Source: a virus
Taxonomy: Duplodnaviria; Heunggongvirae; Uroviricota; Caudoviricetes
Length of the DNA stretch: 64,000 nucleotides
Reading direction: 5' to 3' (one strand)
IMG/VR virus record: IMGVR_UViG_3300029641_000003
Both the position numbers and the translations under genes were made by a program. Shown one piece after another: positions 8,760 through 17,884 of this stretch. Position 1 is the first letter of the stretch, and each line of letters starts with the position of its first letter. The notes under the pieces are model-generated. The model searched no databases and was not told the origin of the DNA. It saw nothing but the letters and a program-made list of their open reading frames with translations.

Positions 8760-9441
8760 CTAACGACTTGTCGATTCGCGGAGTTGGCATGATGAATCCT
8801 TGCCCGCTCCACAGGCATGTTTTTTTGGTGTAATTGTCTTCCTTGCAATATGCAGTGAAGTGATAAGGATGGAATATGTGATCAGGTTTACGCCAGAATG
8901 TCGATATTTGGCTGACCGGGTTTTCAATCATGTACGGGCAACCAATCATCTTTGCAATGTCGTAACACTGCCAGACAACCTGCATTGCTTTGAACTGGAA
9001 AACCGGATCTTTTTTTGCTTTATCTGCGAACCAGCGTGCGCCAGATACAGCCAGGTCAGTACATGGAGGGAAACCGGCTAAAAATACAACTCTGTGCAAA
9101 TTTTTCCGAAGGAAATTGTAGACCTCATCACTGTCAATAATTGCGCTGATACGTGTGAGTACAGCACCTGACTCCATCAATTGGCTGCCGGACTCCTGGT
9201 GTTGCGGATCGACAATGACTGCATCAATGCCGTGTTCCAGCCAGGGGGAAACCATATTCCCTGTATAATCACAAAGACTCACCGCCAGCGGTCGGTTATT
9301 AATGCTCTGCTTCACCGCCAATGGCCTCCACCAGCGAGCTAAACATCGCGGATAATTCGCTTGTGAACAGAATGAAGTCAGCATCAAATCGCTGGGCAAC
9401 ATCTTCACGGTCGATGTCATCGTTCTGGTCATAGAGATCAT
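8635..9441 (-). CDS. divergent C5-cytosine methyltransferase-like protein
   Basis: Motif IV-like GFPPCTDLAVSG and motif VI-like ENP; motif I degenerate (LCDYTGNM); overlaps the Dam-like ORF by 125 nt and rdgC by 143 nt in other frames. Confidence 0.4.
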   Translation of the reverse strand: MISMTRTMTSTVKMLPSDLMLTSFCSQANYPRCLARWWRPLAVKQSINNRPLAVSLCDYTGNMVSPWLEHGIDAVIVDPQHQESGSQLMESGAVLTRISAIIDSDEVYNFLRKNLHRVVFLAGFPPCTDLAVSGARWFADKAKKDPVFQFKAMQVVWQCYDIAKMIGCPYMIENPVSQISTFWRKPDHIFHPYHFTAYCKEDNYTKKTCLWSGQGFIMPTPRIDKSLGDPDNRIHKAPPGPERANFRSATPYGFARAVFEANKEGIRG

Positions 9442-10213
9442 CGCAAAACGTCAGTGCTTTGATGCTCATGTCATCGTTTAACCTGAAGGTCGCGCGGTCC
9501 TGCCAGTTGATTGCAACCGTTGTTGCAACTTTTCCGGCTTCAATATGAGTCATTATTTCCTCTGACTGTAGGTCTACTTTCTTGCAACGAACTGCGCCGC
9601 CGTCATCGAACAGAGATTTCAATATGGCTTCTTCGCCTGCTTTAAAGCCTTGAGGAAATGTTGACTTGAACCATTCGGTCATAGTCATTTCGAGCGGTTC
9701 TATCGGCGTGAATGGAATCACTGGCAGGCTGCCAAGTGATTTACGTAAGAGCGCCAGCATTTCTTCTGCTTTTCTGGCGCTGGAAGCTTCTACGAAGACC
9801 AGATAGTTGTCGCGATCAATAAGGATTCGCGACAATGATTTGCGAGTGAATGCGCGAGGCAACAAAGAGTGGAGAACTTCATCCTTCAGGGTGTTTTTTT
9901 CCGACTTCTTCAGCTTACGAGATTGCTCATTTTCGAGCTTTTCCACTTTTTTCTGCACTTCCTCCTTAATGACATGAGAGGGCAGGAGCTTAATTTCTCG
10001 CTGTTGCTGGAGAAGTAGAAAACCGTGGTATTCATGGATCAGGTTGTCAGCCAGCACCGGCACCCATCCGACTTTTGCCATTTCTTGTGATGCGCATGGA
10101 GTGAATGTGAATTGGCTTAAGGCATCACTAACGGTGGTTGAGTCCAGTTTTATTTCGCGGGCAAGGCGATAGACGTATATGTTTTTAAAGGCGACTAATC
10201 TCATGTTTCGCAA
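9299..10213 (-). CDS. rdgC: RdgC recombination-associated protein (ATG probably at 10204)
   Basis: FTPC, KDEVLHSLLPRAF, ALLRKSLGSLPV, DIDREDVAQRFDADFIL, GGEA match recalled E. coli RdgC along the full length. Confidence 0.85.
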   Translation of the reverse strand: MRNMRLVAFKNIYVYRLAREIKLDSTTVSDALSQFTFTPCASQEMAKVGWVPVLADNLIHEYHGFLLLQQQREIKLLPSHVIKEEVQKKVEKLENEQSRKLKKSEKNTLKDEVLHSLLPRAFTRKSLSRILIDRDNYLVFVEASSARKAEEMLALLRKSLGSLPVIPFTPIEPLEMTMTEWFKSTFPQGFKAGEEAILKSLFDDGGAVRCKKVDLQSEEIMTHIEAGKVATTVAINWQDRATFRLNDDMSIKALTFCDDLYDQNDDIDREDVAQRFDADFILFTSELSAMFSSLVEAIGGEAEH

Positions 10214-10216
10214 AAT

Positions 10217-10250
10217 TGTGTTAGAAAATAAAACTCAATTATCTAACACA
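10217..10250. promoter_or_regulatory. operator: inverted pair TGTGTTAGA(N16)TCTAACACA
   Basis: 9-bp perfect inverted repeat of the dispersed TGTGTTAGAAAAT motif, just upstream of the rdgC start. Confidence 0.5.
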
Positions 10251-10263
10251 GTTTTGCATTTTG

Positions 10264-10941
10264 CTATCCCTTCACAAAGGAGAAATTGCTCGCTGTTGCT
10301 TTTAGCGCGCCACCAGCTTTCAGGGCTATATCACCATCAGCGGCGACGGTTACATTGCTGCCTTTTACATTAACGTCTCCATCTGAGGATACATTGGTTT
10401 TGCTGCTTGATTTGACGTTAACCTCACCTCCAGCATTAAGCACTATATTCGCCGGGCCGATTATGTAAATCTGGCCGGATTCGTTCATCCCTATCCTTGA
10501 TCCTGCGGCGGTGTTTGCTATTTCATAGCCACCGCCAGCCGTTCTGACCTCAAGGATATTGTTTCGGTGAATAACAAAATCTTCAGTCGCCGAAAACTGG
10601 GGGCGGGCAGGAGCACCATCAACTTCTTCTGGTGACCATCCACTTCCTTGTCCGGAGGCTTCCGGAGGCACATTTGGTACGCCTCCTGGGGCATCCTGCG
10701 CCGCGCCAACGATTAAAGGTCGGCGCGTGTCTATCCTGCCTTTAGCATCCAGATAAGGAAATTCGACCCAGACTAAATCGCCGCTGACTGTAGGTGTAAA
10801 GGCGTTACCGATAGGCATTTGATACTCTGCCCATGGGAGGTCTTCATCCGGTACACCGTTCCAGTCAGGCAGTATGCGGACCTGCGCTCGCATAAGTCCG
10901 GCAGGGTGTTTGGTCCCTACGATTTGCGCTCTGCGTTTCAC
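10264..10941 (-). CDS. baseplate central spike protein (gpV/gp5-like)
   Basis: 225 aa; N-terminal OB-like region then Gly-rich beta-helix-like repeats (NVKSSSKTNVSSDGDVNVKGSNVTVAADGDIALKAGG); first gene of a 4-gene overlapping cluster. Confidence 0.5.
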   Translation of the reverse strand: MKRRAQIVGTKHPAGLMRAQVRILPDWNGVPDEDLPWAEYQMPIGNAFTPTVSGDLVWVEFPYLDAKGRIDTRRPLIVGAAQDAPGGVPNVPPEASGQGSGWSPEEVDGAPARPQFSATEDFVIHRNNILEVRTAGGGYEIANTAAGSRIGMNESGQIYIIGPANIVLNAGGEVNVKSSSKTNVSSDGDVNVKGSNVTVAADGDIALKAGGALKATASNFSFVKG

Positions 10942-11918
10942 TGGTTGGGTACTCCTAATATTATTCGTGTTGTATAGCCGATCCGGTCCTCAAAATGGGC
11001 TACGTTTTTCACCAACAGCTTACGAGGCAACGATTCGTCCAGCTTATTTTCCTGGTCGTAACGATACACGAGGATCTCAATAACCATTCCCGGCGTGATG
11101 TCGGGATTACCCGCGACCTCAATATCCATTTTGGGTACGAGCGACAATTGCATATTGCGCAGAGTTTCCATATCCGGATCGGATATATAGCGTATTGGAA
11201 GTGAGCTATCGCCATATTCGACATAGCCTTCAGTCATTGAATAGCCGGTAAATCGATACTGAGTATTTGCCGTAACGGCATACTCTTGCTGTATAAGCCT
11301 CATTTTTGAAATCGTGTATTCCGCCCTGGGGTTGTTCCCTTCATAGGTGAATGATGGTTTAGCTTTCATAAGGTCAGCTAATGTATAAAAGTTAAACTGA
11401 CCACGGCAGGCCCAGCATAAAGCGCCTTTGTCGCGGGCCATTTCAGATAGCATTTTGGAGGGTTTTTCCCCGGCGGAAAGATGGTACGTACAGCTTCGTT
11501 TCAATGCGCTGGAGGCGATTTTCAGTGTACCGGTATACGTCTTGAAAATGGTATCAGGCGTTTTATTTGTATGCAGGTTAGCCCGTATAGCGGGGATCTT
11601 AAATATCCGAACGTCTTCACTGACTGCAATGACCGTGATGACATCACCAGCCAGCACCGCAGATGTTACGAAAAAAGTTGTTTTAAACGTGCCTGAATTG
11701 CCTTGTGGATCTCCCATCTCTGCAACCAGTGATGCGCCGTATTTTGTTTTCCATTCATCAATTATGGTGCCGGTAATATCGTGAATTTCCAGTTTCAGCA
11801 ATGGTGCACGCAGGTTTGCCTTTTCCACATATATGGCAGTGAATATCCACTCCCTGGGTACTTTGTTTTCGTTGATGGTAACGGACTGTAGAAAGTATTG
11901 CTGTAGCTCCTGGGACAT
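10938..11918 (-). CDS. baseplate structural protein (by context)
   Basis: 326-aa ORF translationally coupled within the baseplate cluster. Confidence 0.4.
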   Translation of the reverse strand: MSQELQQYFLQSVTINENKVPREWIFTAIYVEKANLRAPLLKLEIHDITGTIIDEWKTKYGASLVAEMGDPQGNSGTFKTTFFVTSAVLAGDVITVIAVSEDVRIFKIPAIRANLHTNKTPDTIFKTYTGTLKIASSALKRSCTYHLSAGEKPSKMLSEMARDKGALCWACRGQFNFYTLADLMKAKPSFTYEGNNPRAEYTISKMRLIQQEYAVTANTQYRFTGYSMTEGYVEYGDSSLPIRYISDPDMETLRNMQLSLVPKMDIEVAGNPDITPGMVIEILVYRYDQENKLDESLPRKLLVKNVAHFEDRIGYTTRIILGVPNQ

Positions 11919-11921
11919 GGC

Positions 11922-12689
11922 TTACCCCATTCTCAGAGAGGTTTCAGTGATAATTCGTTTCGCGTCCAGCTCCCAGGCCGTGATCACGTCTGCTATAACA
12001 CTAATTGCCGTTTGTGCAGCATAAATACGCTCTTCCCCAATTGGGGCTGAAACATCAGTAAAACTGATATCTTTAGCATCCTGAATCGCGCAAATTAGCG
12101 GAACGGGTACTCGTACCAGCGGGGTTGTTGCTTCAAACTGCGTTCCTGCCATCAAGCGAAGACGTGCTCCTAGCGAATTACACATCAGACTCATGGTCGC
12201 CTTATCCGTCGCCATTAACGTAACGTCATACGTCAGATTTGCTTGGGTGTATTCCAGGGCTACTAAAGGCATACCGCTGCCAGGTTCGCAGAAGTGATCA
12301 CAGCTTTTGCGGTCTATCTGCTGGTCATTGTTGATATAGCTGATATCCATTGAGCGCGAGATATTAATCAGAGGGAGCGCATCGCGATTAATGTTCGGAT
12401 TCTCTGGCTTTCTCCCTTGCCCGGCATTAGCACGGCGAACCGCTTTAAGGAACTCGACCGCGTTATCAAAACGGGCAACATAAACACGCTCCGCTGGTGG
12501 GCGACTCAGGAATGATGCAAAGCGCCTTTCTTCTTTTGCTGGTTCCACCAGCGTTACGTCAGAAAAAATGTCGCTGATTAGCGTAGCAAAAGCGTTATCC
12601 ACTCTTTCCAGACCAGTTGTCTGGAATTTTCCAGTACGCGTTGTCTGCCACTCGCCAATGCGGGACAGGAGAGTTTTGTTGGATGTCAT
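11922..12689 (-). CDS. baseplate/tail structural protein (by context)
   Basis: 255-aa ORF coupled to its neighbours. Confidence 0.4.
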   Translation of the reverse strand: MTSNKTLLSRIGEWQTTRTGKFQTTGLERVDNAFATLISDIFSDVTLVEPAKEERRFASFLSRPPAERVYVARFDNAVEFLKAVRRANAGQGRKPENPNINRDALPLINISRSMDISYINNDQQIDRKSCDHFCEPGSGMPLVALEYTQANLTYDVTLMATDKATMSLMCNSLGARLRLMAGTQFEATTPLVRVPVPLICAIQDAKDISFTDVSAPIGEERIYAAQTAISVIADVITAWELDAKRIITETSLRMG

Positions 12690-13558
12690 TCGATCACTCC
12701 GTTTTGAGTGGTATCAAAGTTCCTGGCCGGGATGCAGTAATAAAGGGAGCCGACGTGTTGTGTTCCGTAGCTGAAGATTCGGTGCACGTACCACCAGCGG
12801 CGGGCGAGGCCATTCGCCATTTCTTCGTTCCATTCCAGGATTGAACCAACAGGTACGTTGTTTGCAGCAATACGCAGGATTAGCACTTCATCAGCAAGAC
12901 CATCCTGTTCTCCATCGGCATCAATGGCATGAAACGAATCCCTTCCGTCCGGGTTGTCCAGGACGTATACGATTTCCGGTTCCAGATAGGTAAGCTCACG
13001 CTGGTTGTTGTCCAGTTGCGTGAAAGACTCTTCACCTGTTTCATCGTTTACGACGCCATAGGTGCCATCAGCCGGGCGATATAAAAGCGCCTCGAATGCG
13101 TCAGGGCTTGATTCAATAATGAGCATCCAATCGGCGCGGATCTGGTCGTTGAACGCTTTGTGTCCGTTATATCGGGTTTTAAGCTTCTGGTTTGGTTCTC
13201 TGTTAGCGAGCGATGCCGGTAGGGGGGCGATGTCAGGTTCAATCACTTCCGTAACAGAGTCACCAGCATTATCAGGCCAATTATCATGGCGGCTATCAGC
13301 TTCGGTGGCCGCGTGTTCTTCCAGAATACTGAATGGCCCTGTACTGACCTTCCCATTTTCCGTTGTGCTTCCTTCATTCGCTTCAACCGTCGTTGTCTCT
13401 TCTCTCTGCGTGCTGTCATGTTCTGTTCCCTTTCTCATCAGGCTTGCATCATCAGCAAACCATTCATCAAAACGGCCCATAAGCGTCCTCAAAGGTCGAT
13501 TTATCAGGTATCGAGGGGCATTGTCAGGAGATTGTGATTTCAATTCATATCCCAGCAT
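12686..13558 (-). CDS. acidic baseplate/tail protein (by context)
   Basis: 290-aa Asp/Glu-rich ORF, first of the coupled cluster. Confidence 0.4.
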   Translation of the reverse strand: MLGYELKSQSPDNAPRYLINRPLRTLMGRFDEWFADDASLMRKGTEHDSTQREETTTVEANEGSTTENGKVSTGPFSILEEHAATEADSRHDNWPDNAGDSVTEVIEPDIAPLPASLANREPNQKLKTRYNGHKAFNDQIRADWMLIIESSPDAFEALLYRPADGTYGVVNDETGEESFTQLDNNQRELTYLEPEIVYVLDNPDGRDSFHAIDADGEQDGLADEVLILRIAANNVPVGSILEWNEEMANGLARRWWYVHRIFSYGTQHVGSLYYCIPARNFDTTQNGVIE

Positions 13559-13624
13559 GGGACTAAAGTGCTTTACATTGTCCCATATTGGGACTACTAT
13601 ACTTTCAGAGAGAAGGAATCTGTG

Positions 13625-13927
13625 ATGAAAATAATTTCGGTAAAAACACTAAGGGATTTCTGGGCGAAGAATCCCGATGCAGAACAGCCATTAAAGGCAT
13701 GGGTTGATGAAGCAACAAAGGCTGACTGGAAAAATCCGGCTGAGATCAAAGAACAGTACCGGACAGCCAGCATCCTTAAAAACAGGCGCGTGGTGTTCAA
13801 TATTAAGGGAAATGATTACAGGTTAATTGTCGCAATTGCTTATCAGCGAGGATGGATGTTCGTTAAGTTTATTGGAACACATAAGGAATACGATGCCATT
13901 GACGCGGATACAATAGAACTGGAGTAA
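13625..13927 (+). CDS. higB: HigB-like mRNA interferase toxin (RelE/ParE superfamily)
   Basis: Start MKIISVK after AAGGAA; KGNDYRLIVAIAYQRGWMFVKFIGTHKEYD resembles HigB; followed by HTH antitoxin. Confidence 0.7.
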   Translation: MKIISVKTLRDFWAKNPDAEQPLKAWVDEATKADWKNPAEIKEQYRTASILKNRRVVFNIKGNDYRLIVAIAYQRGWMFVKFIGTHKEYDAIDADTIELE

Positions 13928-13930
13928 ATC

Positions 13931-14290
13931 ATGAACATTAAACCTATCCGTACAGAACAAGATTATGAGGCCGCACTGCGTGCGGTCGAACCGATGTTCG
14001 ATAACGAACCGGAAATGAACACCCCGGAAGGTGATTTCTTTGAGGTCATGTGTCTTCTCATTGAGGAGTACGAGAAAAAACATTACCCAATTGAGCCACC
14101 ATCACCTATTGAGGCCATTAAATTCCGTATGGAACAGCAAGGGCTGACCGTGAAGGATCTGGAACCGGCGATTGGTAAGTCAAATCGTGTTTACGAAGTG
14201 CTAAATGGAACACGAAATTTAACGTTACCTATGATTCGTCGTTTACATTCCCAGTTTGGCATTCCTCTTGAAAGCCTGGTTGGTGTATGA
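13931..14290 (+). CDS. higA: HigA-like antitoxin (XRE-family HTH)
   Basis: 119 aa directly after toxin; C-terminal HTH LTVKDLEPAIGKSNRVYEVLNGTRNLTLPMIRRL. Confidence 0.7.
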   Translation: MNIKPIRTEQDYEAALRAVEPMFDNEPEMNTPEGDFFEVMCLLIEEYEKKHYPIEPPSPIEAIKFRMEQQGLTVKDLEPAIGKSNRVYEVLNGTRNLTLPMIRRLHSQFGIPLESLVGV

Positions 14291-14324
14291 GTTCGGCGGT
14301 CTGTATGACCGCCTTTGTTGTCAA

Positions 14325-15521
14325 TCAAGAACCTTTCTTCACGTACTCCATAAACATTTTTTCAGCTTGCCCAGGTGACGTTCCTGCCATGACCAGCGCA
14401 TCAATGAACGCCTGCTTCTTCAGTGCGAACTGATCGGCAAGGCGTTGCTGAAGCTCCTTGTTTTTCTGTTTCTCACGTTGCAAGGCTGCTTCTTTTGCTG
14501 CTGCCCGTTTTTTCTGTGCATCGGACAACTTTCTGGCCCTGGTCAGCTGGTCACGTAGCTTGTCAATCTTGCCGTTGTCCTTTGCCAGTTTTGTGCTTAA
14601 AGCGGCCTGGCGTTTCTGATAGAGCTTCCATTCACGTTTAGCTGCCTCAACATTCGTTTTGCTGCTACGGTTTCGATTGAACGCCTTCTCGTCTTCTTTT
14701 GTGAAGTGTTTTGTCGTGCGGCGGCGATCGTCACCAAAGGCAACTTGCGTTGCAGCTTTTTGCAGGGCGCGAGCAATACTCATCTGCCAACTGGCAGACT
14801 GTAGTCGTGTCATTGAGTGGATCACATGTTTACAGGCGACGCCTTGCAGCTTAGGGTTGCGAACTTTTGGATAGGCGTATTCTTTTGGCGGGGCCAGGGC
14901 AAAGTTACCCGCAGTGGCGATGTAGCGATACCAGTATTGATGGCGACCGCAGTCACAGTCGAAAGACACTCGCCCGGCACACAGTGATTTTGTGACTTTC
15001 AGGGCTGATTTGTCGTCTTCTGCGATGTCATCGACCATCTGATCCCATTCTTCAAAACGTACCCGGACAATGTGGTGCTGGTGAACGGATATATCGGACG
15101 CTTCCACGCGGATATTAATCACATTGTGACGAAGAGATACGGGCGTAGCTCTTTTGATACCAGAACCGTCGTCTACGGCGTTATTTGCTCGCTTAATATC
15201 GATAGCCTGGCTGGACGCTACCAGTTGTGCGTATGTAATGCCAGCCGTCTTGCTGTCATATTTTTCGCGTGCTTTGCTTCGCAGCTTTTCGAAGCCTTTC
15301 AGATCGTCACGCGTAAAGAACGTGCCACCTTTCTTTTTCCCCAGCTTAAGAATGTCTTCGGCTGATTTATTCCTAAGCCTGCCCGGCGTGAGTGTCCTGT
15401 GCGCCTGGCGGCGTTTGCGGTTTTGCTCTTTCCTGATGAGTTCAAATACGCGTGTGAAATCCTTAGAGGACAGACCGTCAGTGATATATCGCCCGTCCTG
15501 ATTTTTCAGGAAGTCAGGCAT
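14325..15521 (-). CDS. SWIM zinc-finger protein with Lys/Ala/Gln-rich coiled-coil C-terminus
   Basis: CDCGRHQ...(38 aa)...CKHV fits SWIM CxCxnCxH; C-terminal 120 aa predicted coiled coil; overlaps upstream gene by 8 nt. Confidence 0.5.
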   Translation of the reverse strand: MPDFLKNQDGRYITDGLSSKDFTRVFELIRKEQNRKRRQAHRTLTPGRLRNKSAEDILKLGKKKGGTFFTRDDLKGFEKLRSKAREKYDSKTAGITYAQLVASSQAIDIKRANNAVDDGSGIKRATPVSLRHNVINIRVEASDISVHQHHIVRVRFEEWDQMVDDIAEDDKSALKVTKSLCAGRVSFDCDCGRHQYWYRYIATAGNFALAPPKEYAYPKVRNPKLQGVACKHVIHSMTRLQSASWQMSIARALQKAATQVAFGDDRRRTTKHFTKEDEKAFNRNRSSKTNVEAAKREWKLYQKRQAALSTKLAKDNGKIDKLRDQLTRARKLSDAQKKRAAAKEAALQREKQKNKELQQRLADQFALKKQAFIDALVMAGTSPGQAEKMFMEYVKKGS

Positions 15522-15843
15522 TTTCTATCTCCGGTGCCGAGCCAGCGTAATCGCGAATCTTGTTTCTTAGCCATGCTGCGTCAGGAAGAGTTAACGTTGT
15601 CCCTACCGGCATTTCTTCCATTTCTGACTCATGGCCCACCAGCACGCGAAATACCCAGCGCAAATCAGCGTTGCCATAGGCGCGATAGGCCGCCAGGTCT
15701 GAGCGATAAACCTCATCAATTTTTATCGTGTACTGGAAATTATCGGAGTGATACTCCGATACCCGCTTGATCATCTCCTGATGGAATAGTGCGCGTAGCA
15801 CATCGTCTTCAATGCATCGATCGTCGAGTCTGCTGTAACTCAT
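15514..15843 (-). CDS. hypothetical protein (109 aa), first gene of the SWIM operon
   Basis: ATG ORF coupled to 14325-15521. Confidence 0.4.
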   Translation of the reverse strand: MSYSRLDDRCIEDDVLRALFHQEMIKRVSEYHSDNFQYTIKIDEVYRSDLAAYRAYGNADLRWVFRVLVGHESEMEEMPVGTTLTLPDAAWLRNKIRDYAGSAPEIENA

Positions 15844-15892
15844 AACAGTTCCTCACAGTCATAACCTGGGGGGAACTGTATGCAGGGTGTGA

Positions 15893-15930
15893 AATGCGAG
15901 AAAGCAGCGTCACCTTGCCTGGTGACGCTG
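15893..15930 (-). terminator. intrinsic terminator after toxin-antitoxin triple cassette
   Basis: CAGCGTCACC-TTGCCT-GGTGACGCTG hairpin followed on minus strand by CTTTCTC. Confidence 0.4.
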
Positions 15931-15935
15931 TGAAA

Positions 15936-16217
15936 TTATGCGTGTGAAAATAATGGACGGATGTTTGGGCGAGCGGTTTGCGAAGCAACCCAAAGCTCAT
16001 ACTGGGATTGCATACCGGTCCACATTTCGGCACTGGTTCCAAGAGCGGACTCCAGACGAAGTGCCATATCAGCGGAAATACCTGTTTTTTCGTTCAAAAT
16101 TCGGGAAAGTGCCGTGCGAGTAATGGCTAATGCAGCGGCGGTGTCTGTGACTGATATGTCTCCCAAATATTCACGAAGAACCGCGCCTGGATGCGGGGGA
16201 TTATGCATACGACTCAT
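15936..16217 (-). CDS. HigA/VapI-like HTH antidote protein
   Basis: [18 protein letters not shown]...[19 protein letters not shown] typical of HigA antidote proteins. Confidence 0.65.
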   Translation of the reverse strand: MSRMHNPPHPGAVLREYLGDISVTDTAAALAITRTALSRILNEKTGISADMALRLESALGTSAEMWTGMQSQYELWVASQTARPNIRPLFSHA

Positions 16218-16513
16218 ATGTGGAAAGCAACCCGTTTACCGGTTGGCAATTCAACGTCCAGACTCAACTTTCCACCCATAGCCTCAACGTAACGTTTAAG
16301 CGTTGCTACTTTCAAGTCATTGCCTCGTTGTTCTAGTTTTGTGATGGCTGGTTGACTAATTCCCATCGCATCGGCAACTGTTTTTTGTGATAACTGAAGC
16401 TCCTCTCTCAACATCTGCAATCCGACTTCCAGAATCATTTCATCAGCCTGCTCTTTGATACGAGCTTGGCTTTCAGGGGATTGCGCAGCAATAACTTCTC
16501 TTAGAGTTCTCAT
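16214..16513 (-). CDS. XRE-family HTH antitoxin
   Basis: [22 protein letters not shown] helix-turn-helix; overlaps toxin stop by 1 nt and next gene by 4 nt. Confidence 0.6.
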   Translation of the reverse strand: MRTLREVIAAQSPESQARIKEQADEMILEVGLQMLREELQLSQKTVADAMGISQPAITKLEQRGNDLKVATLKRYVEAMGGKLSLDVELPTGKRVAFHI

Positions 16514-16860
16514 TATTTTTTCTCAAGTTCTGCAAGATGGTTGGAAAATTCGTCGTCTGCAATCCGTATCATTCTTTCGTAGAACTTTTTATCGTTACTT
16601 TTATCTCCGGCGCACAGGATTATGGCTTGCCTTACCGGATCAAATGCGAAGAATGCTCTGATAGGGCGACCAGCGTACTGAATCCGTAACTCCTTCATGT
16701 TTTTATGGCGTGAGCCTTTAACTGTGTCGGCATATGGCCTTGATAATGAAGGGCCATATGTTTCCAGATTGATCAGGTCAACCAGGATTTTTTCTTTTAA
16801 TGCAGGTTCCTGTTCCTGGAACCATTCATCAAAAATTTTTCCAAAATAAATTTGCCACAT
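16513..16860 (-). CDS. RelE/ParE-superfamily toxin (phage Gp49-like)
   Basis: 115 aa; KELRIQYAGRPIRAFFAFDPVRQAIILCAGDKSNDKKFYE resembles Gp49/RelE toxins. Confidence 0.65.
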   Translation of the reverse strand: MWQIYFGKIFDEWFQEQEPALKEKILVDLINLETYGPSLSRPYADTVKGSRHKNMKELRIQYAGRPIRAFFAFDPVRQAIILCAGDKSNDKKFYERMIRIADDEFSNHLAELEKK

Positions 16861-16897
16861 AGTTATTCAAAATCCTTTTTAATAAACTACATGTTAT

Positions 16898-16930
16898 AAA
16901 CTACAGGTTATAGCATATAACCTGTAGTTT
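16898..16930. promoter_or_regulatory. 15-bp perfect inverted repeat (candidate toxin-antitoxin operator)
   Basis: AAACTACAGGTTATA-GCA-TATAACCTGTAGTTT located 38 bp upstream of toxin start. Confidence 0.5.
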
Positions 16931-16965
16931 ATATTTTCAAGACCGTTTTTTATTCGATTTAGCAT

Positions 16966-17619
16966 TTAAAGTATCACGGTATCCTCATCAACTTCTGTCC
17001 CTGCCAGTGACTTTGGCTGGGAGGCGGCTGCTTTAACCTTCTCATGCCCAATAATGGACAGGAACGAGGCCATTATCCCTGCTTTGTTTTCTTTCTCTAC
17101 CGCTCCTGTCATTTGTTTCAGGTAATCCGCGCTGGCAACATTGTGGTATACCGTTGCATAGCAGCACAGAATCATCAGGATGTGCTCTGGTCGGATATCT
17201 TGCCAGTTAACTCGATAAACCTCTTCACCGTTGCCGTTGTATTCGGTATCGACGATAGAGTCGGGGATCTCGAATGCCCCTTTGTTCTTGTCAGGCAGGG
17301 ATAGCAGTCTTTGTAGTTTCAGCTCTCGGTATCTCTCCATGCCGACAATGATCGCCGCTCTGCCGTCGGCGTGCCGTGTTTTTAATGTTACCTGGCTGGC
17401 ACCTGTACCGGCTGAAATGGTTGGCGTGATTTCGTCAACCAGCACCTTAAATTCGCTTTTACGCAGCTCGGCAATTGCTGGTGGAATTTTTCGTTTTTGT
17501 TCAATAGCAGATGCTGGGAGGGGCTTTACTTTGTCAATTACAAGCGCACCGTCTTTCAGGACTGCCGTAGCCATCAGCGGCTTGTTAGTCGAAAGGCTGA
17601 ATATTGCGATCTTTTGCAT
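16966..17619 (-). CDS. hypothetical protein (217 aa)
   Basis: ATG ORF with strong intrinsic terminator just upstream of its start. Confidence 0.45.
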   Translation of the reverse strand: MQKIAIFSLSTNKPLMATAVLKDGALVIDKVKPLPASAIEQKRKIPPAIAELRKSEFKVLVDEITPTISAGTGASQVTLKTRHADGRAAIIVGMERYRELKLQRLLSLPDKNKGAFEIPDSIVDTEYNGNGEEVYRVNWQDIRPEHILMILCCYATVYHNVASADYLKQMTGAVEKENKAGIMASFLSIIGHEKVKAAASQPKSLAGTEVDEDTVIL

Positions 17620-17643
17620 GGCTTTTGCTCCACGATAGCAGGC

Positions 17644-17670
17644 ACAAAAAAAGGCCGCACATGGCGGCCT
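17644..17670 (-). terminator. intrinsic terminator (minus-strand sense)
   Basis: GGCCGC-ACATG-GCGGCC hairpin followed on minus strand by a run of 7 T. Confidence 0.55.
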
Positions 17671-17884
17671 GCTTTGGCGTTATGACTCCCTACCGCGCAT
17701 CGGCTGAAAGTTAGTCGTCAAAAGAACCTTCAACGGGAGCCGTTTGCGCAATGGATTTTGTCCAGATTGTGATTTCCAGAATAGTGTCAACAATTTTTTT
17801 GAATTTTTTATTCGCGCTGAATTTGGCCTAAGTCATTTTGGCGTAGATGTTTGCTTTTGTAACATAAAACTTCAGTTTGTTTAC

